From positions 96,001-160,000 of the forward strand of contig CBDAFS010000062.1 of the NCBI GenBank assembly GCA_965195285.1: a stretch of 64,000 nucleotides of DNA, given 5' to 3'. The translations under genes and the position numbers were made by a program. Of this stretch, positions 49,432 through 58,795 are shown in pieces. The number at the start of each line of letters is the position of its first letter. Position 1 is the first letter of the stretch. The notes beneath the pieces are model-generated. The model had not been told where the DNA came from, made no database searches, and saw nothing but the letters and a program-made list of their open reading frames with translations. The stretch comes from an uncultured Aminicenantes bacterium. Its GTDB lineage: Bacteria; Acidobacteriota; Aminicenantia; UBA2199.

Positions 49432-49890
49432 CTATCTTGTTTGGTGTTTCTGACATTGGTTGCAAAACCCTTCTAAAATTACCTTCTTGCTCAACACCCG
49501 GTATTGTTTTTTCAGAACCGGGGGAATCTTCAGGTTATCATAGGCCGGATGGTAGATATCAATGATGTCATCGCAGCGAAGACATCTGAAATGGTGATGA
49601 TCCGACAGATTGGGATCAAAACGGCGCGGATTGCCATAACCTTCCACGACTCTCACGATTCCGACTTTTGAAAAAGTCAACAGGGTTCGGTTCACCGTGT
49701 CAAATGAAATATTGGGAAAAATCTTTTTGGCCCTTTTAAACAGTTTTTCCGCACTGGGATGTTCTCTGGATTCGACCAGTTCCCGGTATAACATCAACCG
49801 CTGCGGGGTCAATTTCAGCTTATGCTGTTTACACTTCTCGATAAAACGATCCATATCAAGATCCCGGTCACCAAATTCATCTTTTTTCAT
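49432..49890 (-). CDS. Fur family transcriptional regulator, PerR-like
   Basis: LTPQR, HPSAE, HHHFRCLRC, IIDI, FCNQC. Confidence 0.9.
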   Translation of the reverse strand: MKKDEFGDRDLDMDRFIEKCKQHKLKLTPQRLMLYRELVESREHPSAEKLFKRAKKIFPNISFDTVNRTLLTFSKVGIVRVVEGYGNPRRFDPNLSDHHHFRCLRCDDIIDIYHPAYDNLKIPPVLKKQYRVLSKKVILEGFCNQCQKHQTR

Positions 49891-49896
49891 CTCATT

Positions 49897-49925
49897 ACTA
49901 TATAGTATTCGTTCCTATTTGTCAA
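49897..49925 (-). promoter_or_regulatory. Sigma70 promoter of the perR-like gene (leaderless) with an imperfect palindrome in the spacer
   Basis: TTGACA-17 bp-TATAGT, 6 nt before ATG 49890; spacer contains ATAGGAACGAATACTAT. Confidence 0.7.
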
Positions 49926-49978
49926 CATGTTTGAAAAAAAAGAAAGGTCGGAAAAATTATCTTAAAAATGCCGTTTAT

Positions 49979-50380
49979 CTAAAAGTGATAGAGGTCAAAG
50001 AGGGTTAAAATTCCGTAAACCACTCCGATCAGCAACATCACGCTTAAAATGATCAACACCCATCCATATTCAAATTGTCCCCTGGAATCCCAGGACAGGG
50101 TATCTAAAAACTGATGATATTCTTGAGACGGATTGGGAATCCGGACGCCCAGTTCGGTTGAACGCTTCCGCGGACCCTGGTTGCGAACCCATTGAATGAT
50201 ACCCTGAAAGTTCAGGTTTTTATTCTCCGCTTTCAGGGCGATATCGATATCGCGGGGAGTTTTGGAAAGTGGGGTGGACACCCTGAGACCATTCCGGGAA
50301 ATATCAACCAGGGTGCCGGGCTTATTATTGACCTTTAGAATCATGTTTTTTTTGATTCGTTTGTATTTACGTCTATCCAT
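49979..50380 (-). CDS. PilZ-domain protein with C-terminal TM helix
   Basis: RRKYKR (RxxxR) and DISRNG (DxSxxG) c-di-GMP motifs; GGAG RBS. Confidence 0.82.
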   Translation of the reverse strand: MDRRKYKRIKKNMILKVNNKPGTLVDISRNGLRVSTPLSKTPRDIDIALKAENKNLNFQGIIQWVRNQGPRKRSTELGVRIPNPSQEYHQFLDTLSWDSRGQFEYGWVLIILSVMLLIGVVYGILTLFDLYHF

Positions 50381-50479
50381 ATCTGTCGACTCCAAATATT
50401 TTATATCATAATAAAATCAAAAATCAACAGAAATAGTGTTAAAAATTATTTTTATTTATATCCGGACAATCGGAATCAA

Positions 50480-51658
50480 TTAAAAAAACTTTTTAATATT
50501 GATCAGGACAACTATTAAAAATACGATTAAAAAAATAATATTCTGGAGCAGATTGTTCCGATATTTGCCTACTTCCTTTTTGTTGAGCAGATAAAAAATA
50601 AAAACGGATACCAGCGGAAGCAGCAGGGCGTTGGTCACCTGGGCCAGCACAATCAGCTGCAGCGGTTTCAGGGAAGTCATACTGACCAGCATGCCAAAAC
50701 CAATCACGGTCAAAAATACCAGAGAAAACCGCCAATCTTTCTCTTTCCAGCCGAATAATCCCGCCGCTGTCCAGGCGGCTGCATAGGGGGCGGTAATTGC
50801 TGAGGAGAGTCCGGCCGAAAAAAACCCAATCCCCAAGAATACCTTAGCCAGTTCTCCTCCGTATAAGGGGGCTAACTGAAGGGAAAGATCAACCGGACTT
50901 TGAATCACCAGGCTCTTGGAGTAATAGGCAACCGAAGCGGTGACAATAACCGAAATGGTAATCGCCCCCCCCAGCCCGATGGACAGCAGGGTGTCTTTTC
51001 TCATCCAGGAAATGTCCTGATGATCTTTCCACTTCTTTAAAATGACGGCGGAATGAAGAAAAAGATTGTAGGGAACCACAGTGGTTCCCAGTAAAGCCAG
51101 AATCAAGATCAGGGAATTATCCGGAATCCGGGGAATAAAACCTTTCAATATTTCACCGAAATCAGGTCTGACAATCATGGCAGAAATAAAAAAACTCAGA
51201 CCCATCAATACCACCAGGGCAATCAACAACCTTTCAATGAGAATGTAATTTTTCCATATCAACAGAAATACCGCCATAAAACTGATCAAAATAGACCAGA
51301 TCGTCACATCTATATGGGTTAACATATTCAATCCCAGACTGCCGCCGATAATATTGCCGGCTTCATAGGCCGCACAGCCCACAATAATGGCGGTAAAGGC
51401 CAGGATTTGAAAGGTATATTTCAATATTTTCCTTTCACTGAGCTTCACCAGAGCAGAGGCCACATCCATCCCGGTTGAAAGTGAAAACCGCCCCACCATT
51501 TCCTGAAGAACAATGGCTGCCAGGGTGGCAATGACCACCACCCAGATCAATCCGAATCCAAACCGGGCCCCGGCCAGGGTTGAGGAGGTTATGGTCCCAG
51601 GACCGATAAAAGCAGCCGCTACCAAAAAACCGGGCCCAAACCTATTCTTTTTTCCCAT
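50480..51658 (-). CDS. Nramp-superfamily transporter, YcsG-like
   Basis: FGPGFLVAAAFIGPGT, QEM, EAGN, GTTVVPYNLFLH; about 11 TMs; lacks the DPGN metal motif. Confidence 0.85.
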   Translation of the reverse strand: MGKKNRFGPGFLVAAAFIGPGTITSSTLAGARFGFGLIWVVVIATLAAIVLQEMVGRFSLSTGMDVASALVKLSERKILKYTFQILAFTAIIVGCAAYEAGNIIGGSLGLNMLTHIDVTIWSILISFMAVFLLIWKNYILIERLLIALVVLMGLSFFISAMIVRPDFGEILKGFIPRIPDNSLILILALLGTTVVPYNLFLHSAVILKKWKDHQDISWMRKDTLLSIGLGGAITISVIVTASVAYYSKSLVIQSPVDLSLQLAPLYGGELAKVFLGIGFFSAGLSSAITAPYAAAWTAAGLFGWKEKDWRFSLVFLTVIGFGMLVSMTSLKPLQLIVLAQVTNALLLPLVSVFIFYLLNKKEVGKYRNNLLQNIIFLIVFLIVVLINIKKFF

Positions 51659-53189
51659 ACCCGCCTCCTCCCGGGGTTTCAATCACCAACAGGTCGCCGG
51701 CTTTGATAGCAATATTCAATTTTGAATTCAACTGTTGCTTTTTCCCTTCCCGGATCATGGTGTTTTTTCCCCTGCGGCCGGACCGGCCTCCGTTCAATCC
51801 ATAGGGTCCCCGGGTTCTTCGTTCGGAAAGGATACTGGCCTGACCCGCTGTCAAAAACCGGTATGACCTCAGCAGGCCGTTCCCGCCATTAAACTTGCCC
51901 TTTCCCCCCGAGTTTTTCCGCAAAGAATATTGTTCGATCCGGACCGGAAAATCCCTTTCCATGGCTTCGATCGGCGTATTCAGGGAATTGGTCATATGAG
52001 AATGAACCCCGGACTCACCATGAAAACCGGGCCCGGCCCCGGTTCCGCCTCCCAAGGTTTCATAATAGGTAAAACCCTTTCCTCCAAATGAAATGTTATT
52101 CATGGTTCCCTGGGAAGCTGCCGGAATTTTATCCGGAACTGCCCCGGCTAGAGCACCCAGCAACACATCAACGATTCTCTGGGAGGTCTCCACATTGCCG
52201 CCGGCCAGACCTGCCGGTCTGGAGGCATTGACCAGGGTATTTTCAGGTAAAATGAGTTGAACCGCCCGCATTAAACCTGAATTGATCGGGATATCCTCCT
52301 CCAGAAGCGTGGTCAGAACATACAAGACTGCGGAATAAGTAACCGCACGGTTGGTATTTATACCTCCGGTCACCTGGGGAGCGGTTCCGCTAAAATCAAT
52401 GACCATTTTTTCCTTCTCAACTTTTATTTTCACCGAAATCAAAATATCTTTTTCACTAAAGCCATCATCATCCATAAAATCCCTGAATCCATATTCTCCA
52501 TCCGGTATTTCTCGAATAACCGACTCAAAAACCCGTTCCGTATAATCAATTAAAAACCGGGAATACCTTGATAACTGTTTGAATCCATATTTTTCGATGT
52601 TGGCCATGATACGGGCTATTCCTCTTCTATTGGAAGCAATCTGGGCCAGCAAATCCCCTTTCCGTTCAAAGGGACTTCGGACATTTGACAGTATGAACTG
52701 TAGAATTTCCGGATCAATCTGATCCCGCTTTAGAATTTTGAGCGGAGGGATAATGATACCTTCCTGAAAGATCTCCGAGGAAAGCGGCATGGAACCGGCC
52801 TGCATTCCACCCACATCACTGTGATGAGCCCGGTTGGCCACAAAAAACACCAAATTGTTTTTATAAAAAACAGGCGCAATCAGGGTGATATCCGGTAGAT
52901 GGGTCCCACCCCGAAAGGGATCATTGAGAATGACCATGTCTCCGGGTAGAAATTGTATTTCTTTGAGGGCAGCTTCCACTGAAAGCGGCATGGCTCCCAG
53001 ATGGACCGGAATATGGGACCCAAAGGCAAAACTTTCCCCGGAGCCGGTAAACAGGGCGCAGGAAAAATCTTTACGCTCTTTGATATTCGGTGAAAAGGCC
53101 GAGTACTGAAGAATCTTTCCCATTTCCTCTGATATGGACTGGAAAATATTCTTGAAAATGGTGATCCGAATCACATCCATTTCAGTCAT
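51642..53189 (-). CDS. Hydantoinase B / 5-oxoprolinase beta subunit
   Basis: SPNIKERKDFSCA, HIPVHLG, NDPFRGGTHLPD, HHSDVGG, QGTMNN, HMTN, TPGGGGYG. Confidence 0.93.
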   Translation of the reverse strand: MTEMDVIRITIFKNIFQSISEEMGKILQYSAFSPNIKERKDFSCALFTGSGESFAFGSHIPVHLGAMPLSVEAALKEIQFLPGDMVILNDPFRGGTHLPDITLIAPVFYKNNLVFFVANRAHHSDVGGMQAGSMPLSSEIFQEGIIIPPLKILKRDQIDPEILQFILSNVRSPFERKGDLLAQIASNRRGIARIMANIEKYGFKQLSRYSRFLIDYTERVFESVIREIPDGEYGFRDFMDDDGFSEKDILISVKIKVEKEKMVIDFSGTAPQVTGGINTNRAVTYSAVLYVLTTLLEEDIPINSGLMRAVQLILPENTLVNASRPAGLAGGNVETSQRIVDVLLGALAGAVPDKIPAASQGTMNNISFGGKGFTYYETLGGGTGAGPGFHGESGVHSHMTNSLNTPIEAMERDFPVRIEQYSLRKNSGGKGKFNGGNGLLRSYRFLTAGQASILSERRTRGPYGLNGGRSGRRGKNTMIREGKKQQLNSKLNIAIKAGDLLVIETPGGGGYGKKE

Positions 53190-55159
53190 CCAGCCACCCC
53201 CTTTCTGGTCAATATCAGGTTGGTGTATTCATCCACCCGCACTTTAAAATCCCGTTCCACAACCACTGTTGAAGTATCGGAAACCACAATGGCCGGAACC
53301 CGGATATCCTGTCCCGGTTGAATAGCGTCCCGGTGATACACATAAAATGCCTGGAAATCTCCGTTAAAATAAATCCGTTTTTTATCCAGAAAGGGTGCTT
53401 GGCCGGACTGTTTTCTCTTCTTCCTGATCCTGATTTCCGAAGTTCTCCCCAGAGCCATCACTCTCAAATTCACAATTTCACAATCCGGATCATCCAGCCT
53501 GTATGAATACAACCTGTTGTGTTTTCGATGAAAATCCTGAATAAAATCGGGACCGAAGGGAACCGTCAGCTCAAAGGATTGGCCCCGGTAGCGTATATCC
53601 AGTTCCCGCTGAATAACAGAATTTTCTTCTGAAAACCCGTCCTGCATCAACACCCGGTTTGCTTCCCGGATGATTTTGGAAAAACCCCTCTCAATTTCCC
53701 GGCTAATTCCCGGTCCAAAAGGTTTTAAAAATGAGTGGGAAAATTCCTTCTGAAAATCTGCCACCAGCATCCCCAGAGCGGAAAAAATCCCCTGATACGG
53801 GGGAATTAAAATCCGGTTTATGCCCAGTCTGTCAGCCAATAATGTGGCCACCATTCCTCCCGCACCCCCGAAAGGCAAAAGCGTATAGAACCGGGGATCT
53901 TCACCTTTTTCAAGGGTGACCGCTCGCAGGGCCTTTTCTATAGCTGAAACGGAAATCATGATTATTCCCTCAGCGGTTTCATGCAGCGTCTTACCCACAC
54001 TGCGGGCAATTCTATTCACTGCCTGAATACTTTTTTGGGGGAAGATTTTCATATTCCCGCCCAGGAATAACTCCGGTTGAATAATTCCGTTTACCACAAA
54101 AGCATCGGTCACAGTGGGAAGCTGAGATTTTCCATAACAGGCCGGCCCGGGATCCGCGCCGGCACTCTCCGGCCCCACCTGCAGCACCCCTCCACGGTCA
54201 ATTTTAGCAATGGACCCCCCACCGGCACCCACAGTGGCAATGTCAATAATGGGAATTCGCAGGGGAAGGTTCTCCATATATCCATCCCGGGTCAGCAGCA
54301 GCTGCCCGCTTTTTATGATGGAGACATCGGTTGAAGTGCCTCCCATATCCAGGGTAATGATATTGGGATTCCGGGTCAACCCGGAAAACCGCCTGGCGGC
54401 AATCACACCTCCGGCAGGACCGGACATGATGGTTCTGACCGGTTCTTCGATTATTCTTTCGGGTGGTAATACCCCTCCGTTTGACTGCATAATATAAAAT
54501 CTATTCCGCTCCAGTTTGCTTTTGAGACTGTTGACATATGTGGCAATTATGGGTTTCAGGCTTGAGTTCAATATGGTGACCACTGCCCGCTCATATTCAC
54601 GGTATTCGGGCATGATTTCCGAACTGGCCGTTACCTGAAAACCATGATTTCTAAAAATCTCGGCGACCTTGTTTTCATTTTCAGGGTTCTGATAGGAATG
54701 CAGAAAAACAATTCCAACGGCCACAATTCCCTGTTTTTTCATTCTGTCGATGAGTTTGGGAAGACCGGAAGTGACAGCCGGTTTCAAAAGGGTTCCATCG
54801 GCCAGGGTTCTCTCTTCAAGGCCGTAGCAACGGGAAAGGGGAATGAGTTGAAAAGGTTTTTTCACCTGAAATGAAAACAGGCTGGTCCGGTTCTGACGCC
54901 CAATAACCAGCAGGTGCTCAAACCCCCGGGTGGCTACAAAAGCGACCCGGGCCATTTTTTTCTGCAAAAAGGCATTGGTGGCTACGGTGGTACCGTGGAC
55001 CAGTTCAAACGATGATCCCCCTACCGAATCCAGTCCCCTCTGAATTGAATTTGCAGGGTTTTCCGGAGTGGAGGGCAACTTTGAAGTTTTAATATTTTTC
55101 CCGTCAAAAAAAACAAAGTCGGTAAAAGTACCTCCGGTATCAACACCAATTCTCAACAT
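53186..55159 (-). CDS. Hydantoinase A / 5-oxoprolinase ATP-binding subunit
   Basis: DTGGTFTD, HGTTVATN, SGPAGG, DMGGTSTD, GAGGGS, SAGADPGPACY. Confidence 0.93.
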   Translation of the reverse strand: MLRIGVDTGGTFTDFVFFDGKNIKTSKLPSTPENPANSIQRGLDSVGGSSFELVHGTTVATNAFLQKKMARVAFVATRGFEHLLVIGRQNRTSLFSFQVKKPFQLIPLSRCYGLEERTLADGTLLKPAVTSGLPKLIDRMKKQGIVAVGIVFLHSYQNPENENKVAEIFRNHGFQVTASSEIMPEYREYERAVVTILNSSLKPIIATYVNSLKSKLERNRFYIMQSNGGVLPPERIIEEPVRTIMSGPAGGVIAARRFSGLTRNPNIITLDMGGTSTDVSIIKSGQLLLTRDGYMENLPLRIPIIDIATVGAGGGSIAKIDRGGVLQVGPESAGADPGPACYGKSQLPTVTDAFVVNGIIQPELFLGGNMKIFPQKSIQAVNRIARSVGKTLHETAEGIIMISVSAIEKALRAVTLEKGEDPRFYTLLPFGGAGGMVATLLADRLGINRILIPPYQGIFSALGMLVADFQKEFSHSFLKPFGPGISREIERGFSKIIREANRVLMQDGFSEENSVIQRELDIRYRGQSFELTVPFGPDFIQDFHRKHNRLYSYRLDDPDCEIVNLRVMALGRTSEIRIRKKRKQSGQAPFLDKKRIYFNGDFQAFYVYHRDAIQPGQDIRVPAIVVSDTSTVVVERDFKVRVDEYTNLILTRKGVAG

Positions 55160-55178
55160 TTTCTCCCAATCGGATTAT

Positions 55179-56633
55179 TCAAATTTTTATATTCAGCTTT
55201 TTAAATAATTTTAACCCATCTTCACGGGTGTCAAATTCACCATCCAGCTGAAGTTCATACAGTTTCTTCAATAGTTCACCCATTTTTTTCCCCGGGGGAA
55301 CACCCATGTCCAGCAAATCCCGGCCCAGAATCAGCGGTTTTATGGTCTCCTTGCTGATATTCAGTTCTTCTTTTTTCCCAAAAAACCATTTGGTAACTCT
55401 ATCCAGCCGGGTAAAGGCCAGGGGTCTGGATCGCCGGGACTGGCGATCCGAAAAATCAAGCAATGCCAGTAGAAAATCATGGCCATTTAAATCCTTCACG
55501 ATTCGGGAAATGGCCTTGAAGCCGATCTCCTCTTTGTTTCGGTACAAATCATAGATCCGGTGATGGTTTTTAATCAAATCAAGGATGGTTGCTTTCAGCG
55601 GAAAATGGCTCCGGGTTTCAATTTTTAGTTCAGACAAAAACGAATCCGCAATCCTGCCTCCCCTGGAATCATGTGACAGGGAGGTAACGGTCATCCGGTT
55701 TCGCTTGAATTCCCACTTGGTGGTGGCCGGTTTGCCAATGTCATGAAGCAGGGCTGCCAGGAGCAGGGCCAGGGAATTTTCTTCATCCAATTCAAACATC
55801 CGGCTGACTTTCCGGGCAATATCAACCGTAATCAAGGTATGGGCCCACACACTGTGATGACCGTATTCATCCCTTTCCGGATGAAAAATCGAGTCTTGAA
55901 TGGTCATGGTGAGCTTAAAAAGTGCCGGAAATATTTTTTCCAGGACCGATAATTTAAAATACTCATTCAATCCCAGGGAAGGCTGATCCGATTCCAGCAA
56001 CAAGCGATACAACTCTTCCTGAATCCTCTCTTTGCTTAATTCATTAAGGTTGACATTCTTGGCATTGGAATAGATATCTGGATCAACTGAAAAATGGTGA
56101 ACCGAACTGAACCGGGCACACCTGAGAATCCGGAGCGGATCATCAAAAAAGGTGTCGGGTCCGGTCATTGTTATTTTTTTTTCCCGGATGGACTTAACCC
56201 CATCGAATGGATCGACCAGCTTGTGGTCAATCAAACGCAGGGCCAGGGAATTGCAAGTAAAATCCCTCCGCTTCAGATCTTCTTCGAGTTTTATATGGGG
56301 TCCGTACTCGATGATGAAATTTTTATGTGAATGCGACTCTTTTTCCTTTTTTACATCTCTCCTGGGTATGGATATATCAAAACTATGCCCCTCTCTGGTA
56401 AATTTCACCACAGCAAAACTTTTCCCTACCGTATTGGTCTTTCCGTATCCGGATAATTTTTTTTCGATTTCATCATAGCCGTGATCAATGACCACCAGGT
56501 CTATATCCTGATTCAAATTGATTTCTTTATAAAGCAGGTAATCCCTGATGGTCCCCCCCACCAGATACACCTTGTCTTCAAATATTTTTATAAATAAATC
56601 TTTTAGAGGGAAATCAATTTTTTTTAGAATCAT
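55179..56633 (-). CDS. tRNA nucleotidyltransferase (CCA/poly(A) polymerase family) with HD domain
   Basis: VGGTIRD, DIDL, EDLKRRDFTCN, DDPLRILR, ERI..E, LLHDIGK. The start could also be 56648. Confidence 0.9.
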   Translation of the reverse strand: MILKKIDFPLKDLFIKIFEDKVYLVGGTIRDYLLYKEINLNQDIDLVVIDHGYDEIEKKLSGYGKTNTVGKSFAVVKFTREGHSFDISIPRRDVKKEKESHSHKNFIIEYGPHIKLEEDLKRRDFTCNSLALRLIDHKLVDPFDGVKSIREKKITMTGPDTFFDDPLRILRCARFSSVHHFSVDPDIYSNAKNVNLNELSKERIQEELYRLLLESDQPSLGLNEYFKLSVLEKIFPALFKLTMTIQDSIFHPERDEYGHHSVWAHTLITVDIARKVSRMFELDEENSLALLLAALLHDIGKPATTKWEFKRNRMTVTSLSHDSRGGRIADSFLSELKIETRSHFPLKATILDLIKNHHRIYDLYRNKEEIGFKAISRIVKDLNGHDFLLALLDFSDRQSRRSRPLAFTRLDRVTKWFFGKKEELNISKETIKPLILGRDLLDMGVPPGKKMGELLKKLYELQLDGEFDTREDGLKLFKKLNIKI

Positions 56634-57135
56634 GGGTAAGAAATTCATCCAGATATTTTAAAAAAACCTTCAGTTCTTCAAACTGATCCTCATGAATATG
56701 CTCAATAAAAAAGGCCAAGAAATTATTCTTGATTCGATGTTCTTTCCTGACCAGTTTCAACTCGGCAACCCGAAATTGGTTGATGGGAGTAACCACCAGC
56801 ACCTGTTTCAAAACCACATTTAACGGTAGTTTTTTCAAGGGGAATCGGGACTCTGCCAAAATTCCGGTCAGCGATATGTCAATGACCGATGCCTTCAGCC
56901 GGGGAAAAGGTTCTCCGGAAAAATTCAGAAAAACATCTATTGAATCCGGAATCAGAATCCGGGGGATTGTCCTCAGGTTATTTTTTTCCAGATCATGTTC
57001 CGACCGGAAGGTTTTGAATTTTTCCTTTATTTCCTTTTTTTTCCTTTTTTCCTGAATCCGGAAAAAGACCATCAACAAAATCAGCAATCCGAGAAATAAA
57101 ACCGAAAAAACCAGTACACTGTCCAATCTTTCCAT
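56614..57135 (-). CDS. Membrane-anchored PilZ-like protein
   Basis: N-terminal TM, RTIPR (RxxxR) and DISLTG (DxSxxG). Confidence 0.65.
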   Translation of the reverse strand: MERLDSVLVFSVLFLGLLILLMVFFRIQEKRKKKEIKEKFKTFRSEHDLEKNNLRTIPRILIPDSIDVFLNFSGEPFPRLKASVIDISLTGILAESRFPLKKLPLNVVLKQVLVVTPINQFRVAELKLVRKEHRIKNNFLAFFIEHIHEDQFEELKVFLKYLDEFLTHDSKKN

Positions 57136-57258
57136 GTTCGGTCAACCCATACTGGGAATAATAAAGATTTTTTTCTGAAGTGTCAAACCAAAACCGGGAT
57201 TTTTCCAATCATAAAACCCGTCCGGACCGAAAAATTCCACCCGGAGATCGTTCATCTA

Positions 57259-57287
57259 TTGAACTTTTTAGATTAAAGTTGTATATT
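57259..57287 (+). promoter_or_regulatory. Sigma70 promoter giving a probably leaderless transcript
   Basis: TTGAAC-17 bp-TATATT, 5 nt before ATG 57293; no SD. Confidence 0.6.
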
Positions 57288-57292
57288 TAAAT

Positions 57293-58696
57293 ATGGATAT
57301 TTCTTTTTATTCACACGGAGCCTGCCGGGAAGTCACCGGATCAAAACATTTTATCCGGACCGAATCGGATATCATTCAGATCGACAGTGGCATGTTCCAG
57401 GGAAAACGCAAACAGTCTTACCTGAAGAACAGGGAATTGAAATTTTCTCCATCCCAGGTTAAATCGGTTCTGCTCACTCATGGTCATTTTGACCATTCGG
57501 GTGCCCTGCCCATATTGATCAACAATGGTTTTTCCGGCTCTATTTTTTCAACCCCGGCCACCCGGGATATCGCTAATATTATTCTCCTGGACAGCGCTTA
57601 CATTCAAAAAAAGGACTACGAGTACATCCAGGATAAAATATCCAAACAACCGGAGAGGAAACTGAAATTGTACGAACCGCTTTATTCAATTCAGGATGTG
57701 GTGAACACCATGCATCATTTTGTCACCCTGGATTATCACAAACTATTTTCCCCCGCCCCCGGAATTGAAGCCACATTCTATGATGCCGGGCATATTCTTG
57801 GCAGTTCTATGATCTATTTGAATATTCGTGATCAATTGAAGGTTGGTTTTTCCGGAGACCTGGGAAGGCAGGACCTGCCCATTATCAGGGATCCCGAAAT
57901 AATGCCCCCAATGGATTATCTGATATTAGAAGGCACCTACGGAGATCGATTACACCAGTCCATCGGCATGGGTCAGGAGGAGTTAGGAGAAATGATTAAC
58001 CAGACTGTCCGGAAGAAAGGTAAAATAATCATTCCGGCTTTTACCATAGAAAGAACCCAGGAACTCATATATTTTATTCATTCATTGCTTTTAAACGACC
58101 AGATCCCGCCCATACCCATCTATATTGATTCACCCATGGCCGTTAATGCAACCGCCATTTTTGCCACCCATCCGGAATGTTTCGATCAAGAAACCTATGA
58201 GAATTTTACCTCCCTGAATATCAATCCATTCGGTTTCGACAACATCAAATATATTGTCTCCACCCAAGAATCCATTGCCCTGAATTCACAAAAAGGCCCC
58301 GCCATTATCATTTCAGCCAGCGGTATGGCTGAAAACGGGCGGATACTCCATCATTTAAAGAACAATATCGAGGACCCTTCAAACACCATTGCCATTGTGG
58401 GTTTTATGGCTGAAAACACTTTGGGTCGAAAATTAGTGGAACAACACAAGCAAATTAAAATTTTCGGAAAAACATACCCGGTAAAGGCCAAAATCCGGAC
58501 CCTGAATGCATTCTCCGGTCATGCCGACTATGAAGAAATCATCAACTGGCTGGGAAGACACGATTTATCCCGAATGAAGAAAATATTCCTGGTTCACGGC
58601 GAGGAAAAGGCGTTGAAGAGCCTGAAATCAAAGCTGCTTTCCTTTGGAATCAAACAGGTTGAAATTGCCGAGTATGACCAGGTATATGGATTGTGA
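57293..58696 (+). CDS. MBL-fold beta-CASP ribonuclease (YSH1/CPSF-like)
   Basis: EVTGS, THGHFDHSG, AGHILGS, SGD, EGTYG, SASGM, FSGHAD, VHGE. Confidence 0.93.
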   Translation: MDISFYSHGACREVTGSKHFIRTESDIIQIDSGMFQGKRKQSYLKNRELKFSPSQVKSVLLTHGHFDHSGALPILINNGFSGSIFSTPATRDIANIILLDSAYIQKKDYEYIQDKISKQPERKLKLYEPLYSIQDVVNTMHHFVTLDYHKLFSPAPGIEATFYDAGHILGSSMIYLNIRDQLKVGFSGDLGRQDLPIIRDPEIMPPMDYLILEGTYGDRLHQSIGMGQEELGEMINQTVRKKGKIIIPAFTIERTQELIYFIHSLLLNDQIPPIPIYIDSPMAVNATAIFATHPECFDQETYENFTSLNINPFGFDNIKYIVSTQESIALNSQKGPAIIISASGMAENGRILHHLKNNIEDPSNTIAIVGFMAENTLGRKLVEQHKQIKIFGKTYPVKAKIRTLNAFSGHADYEEIINWLGRHDLSRMKKIFLVHGEEKALKSLKSKLLSFGIKQVEIAEYDQVYGL

Positions 58697-58795
58697 GGCC
58701 TAATTGACCGGCCAGGCCAGGCCATAGTTCCCTGAAAACTTGATATTTAATAGATTATATAATATATTATATATGAGAATATCTGGAGATACAGC

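Noticed and set aside
49322-49465. N-terminal extension of the 743-aa AlkP ORF
   Set aside because: Overlaps the perR-like gene and buries the signal peptide; ATG 49321 fits better.
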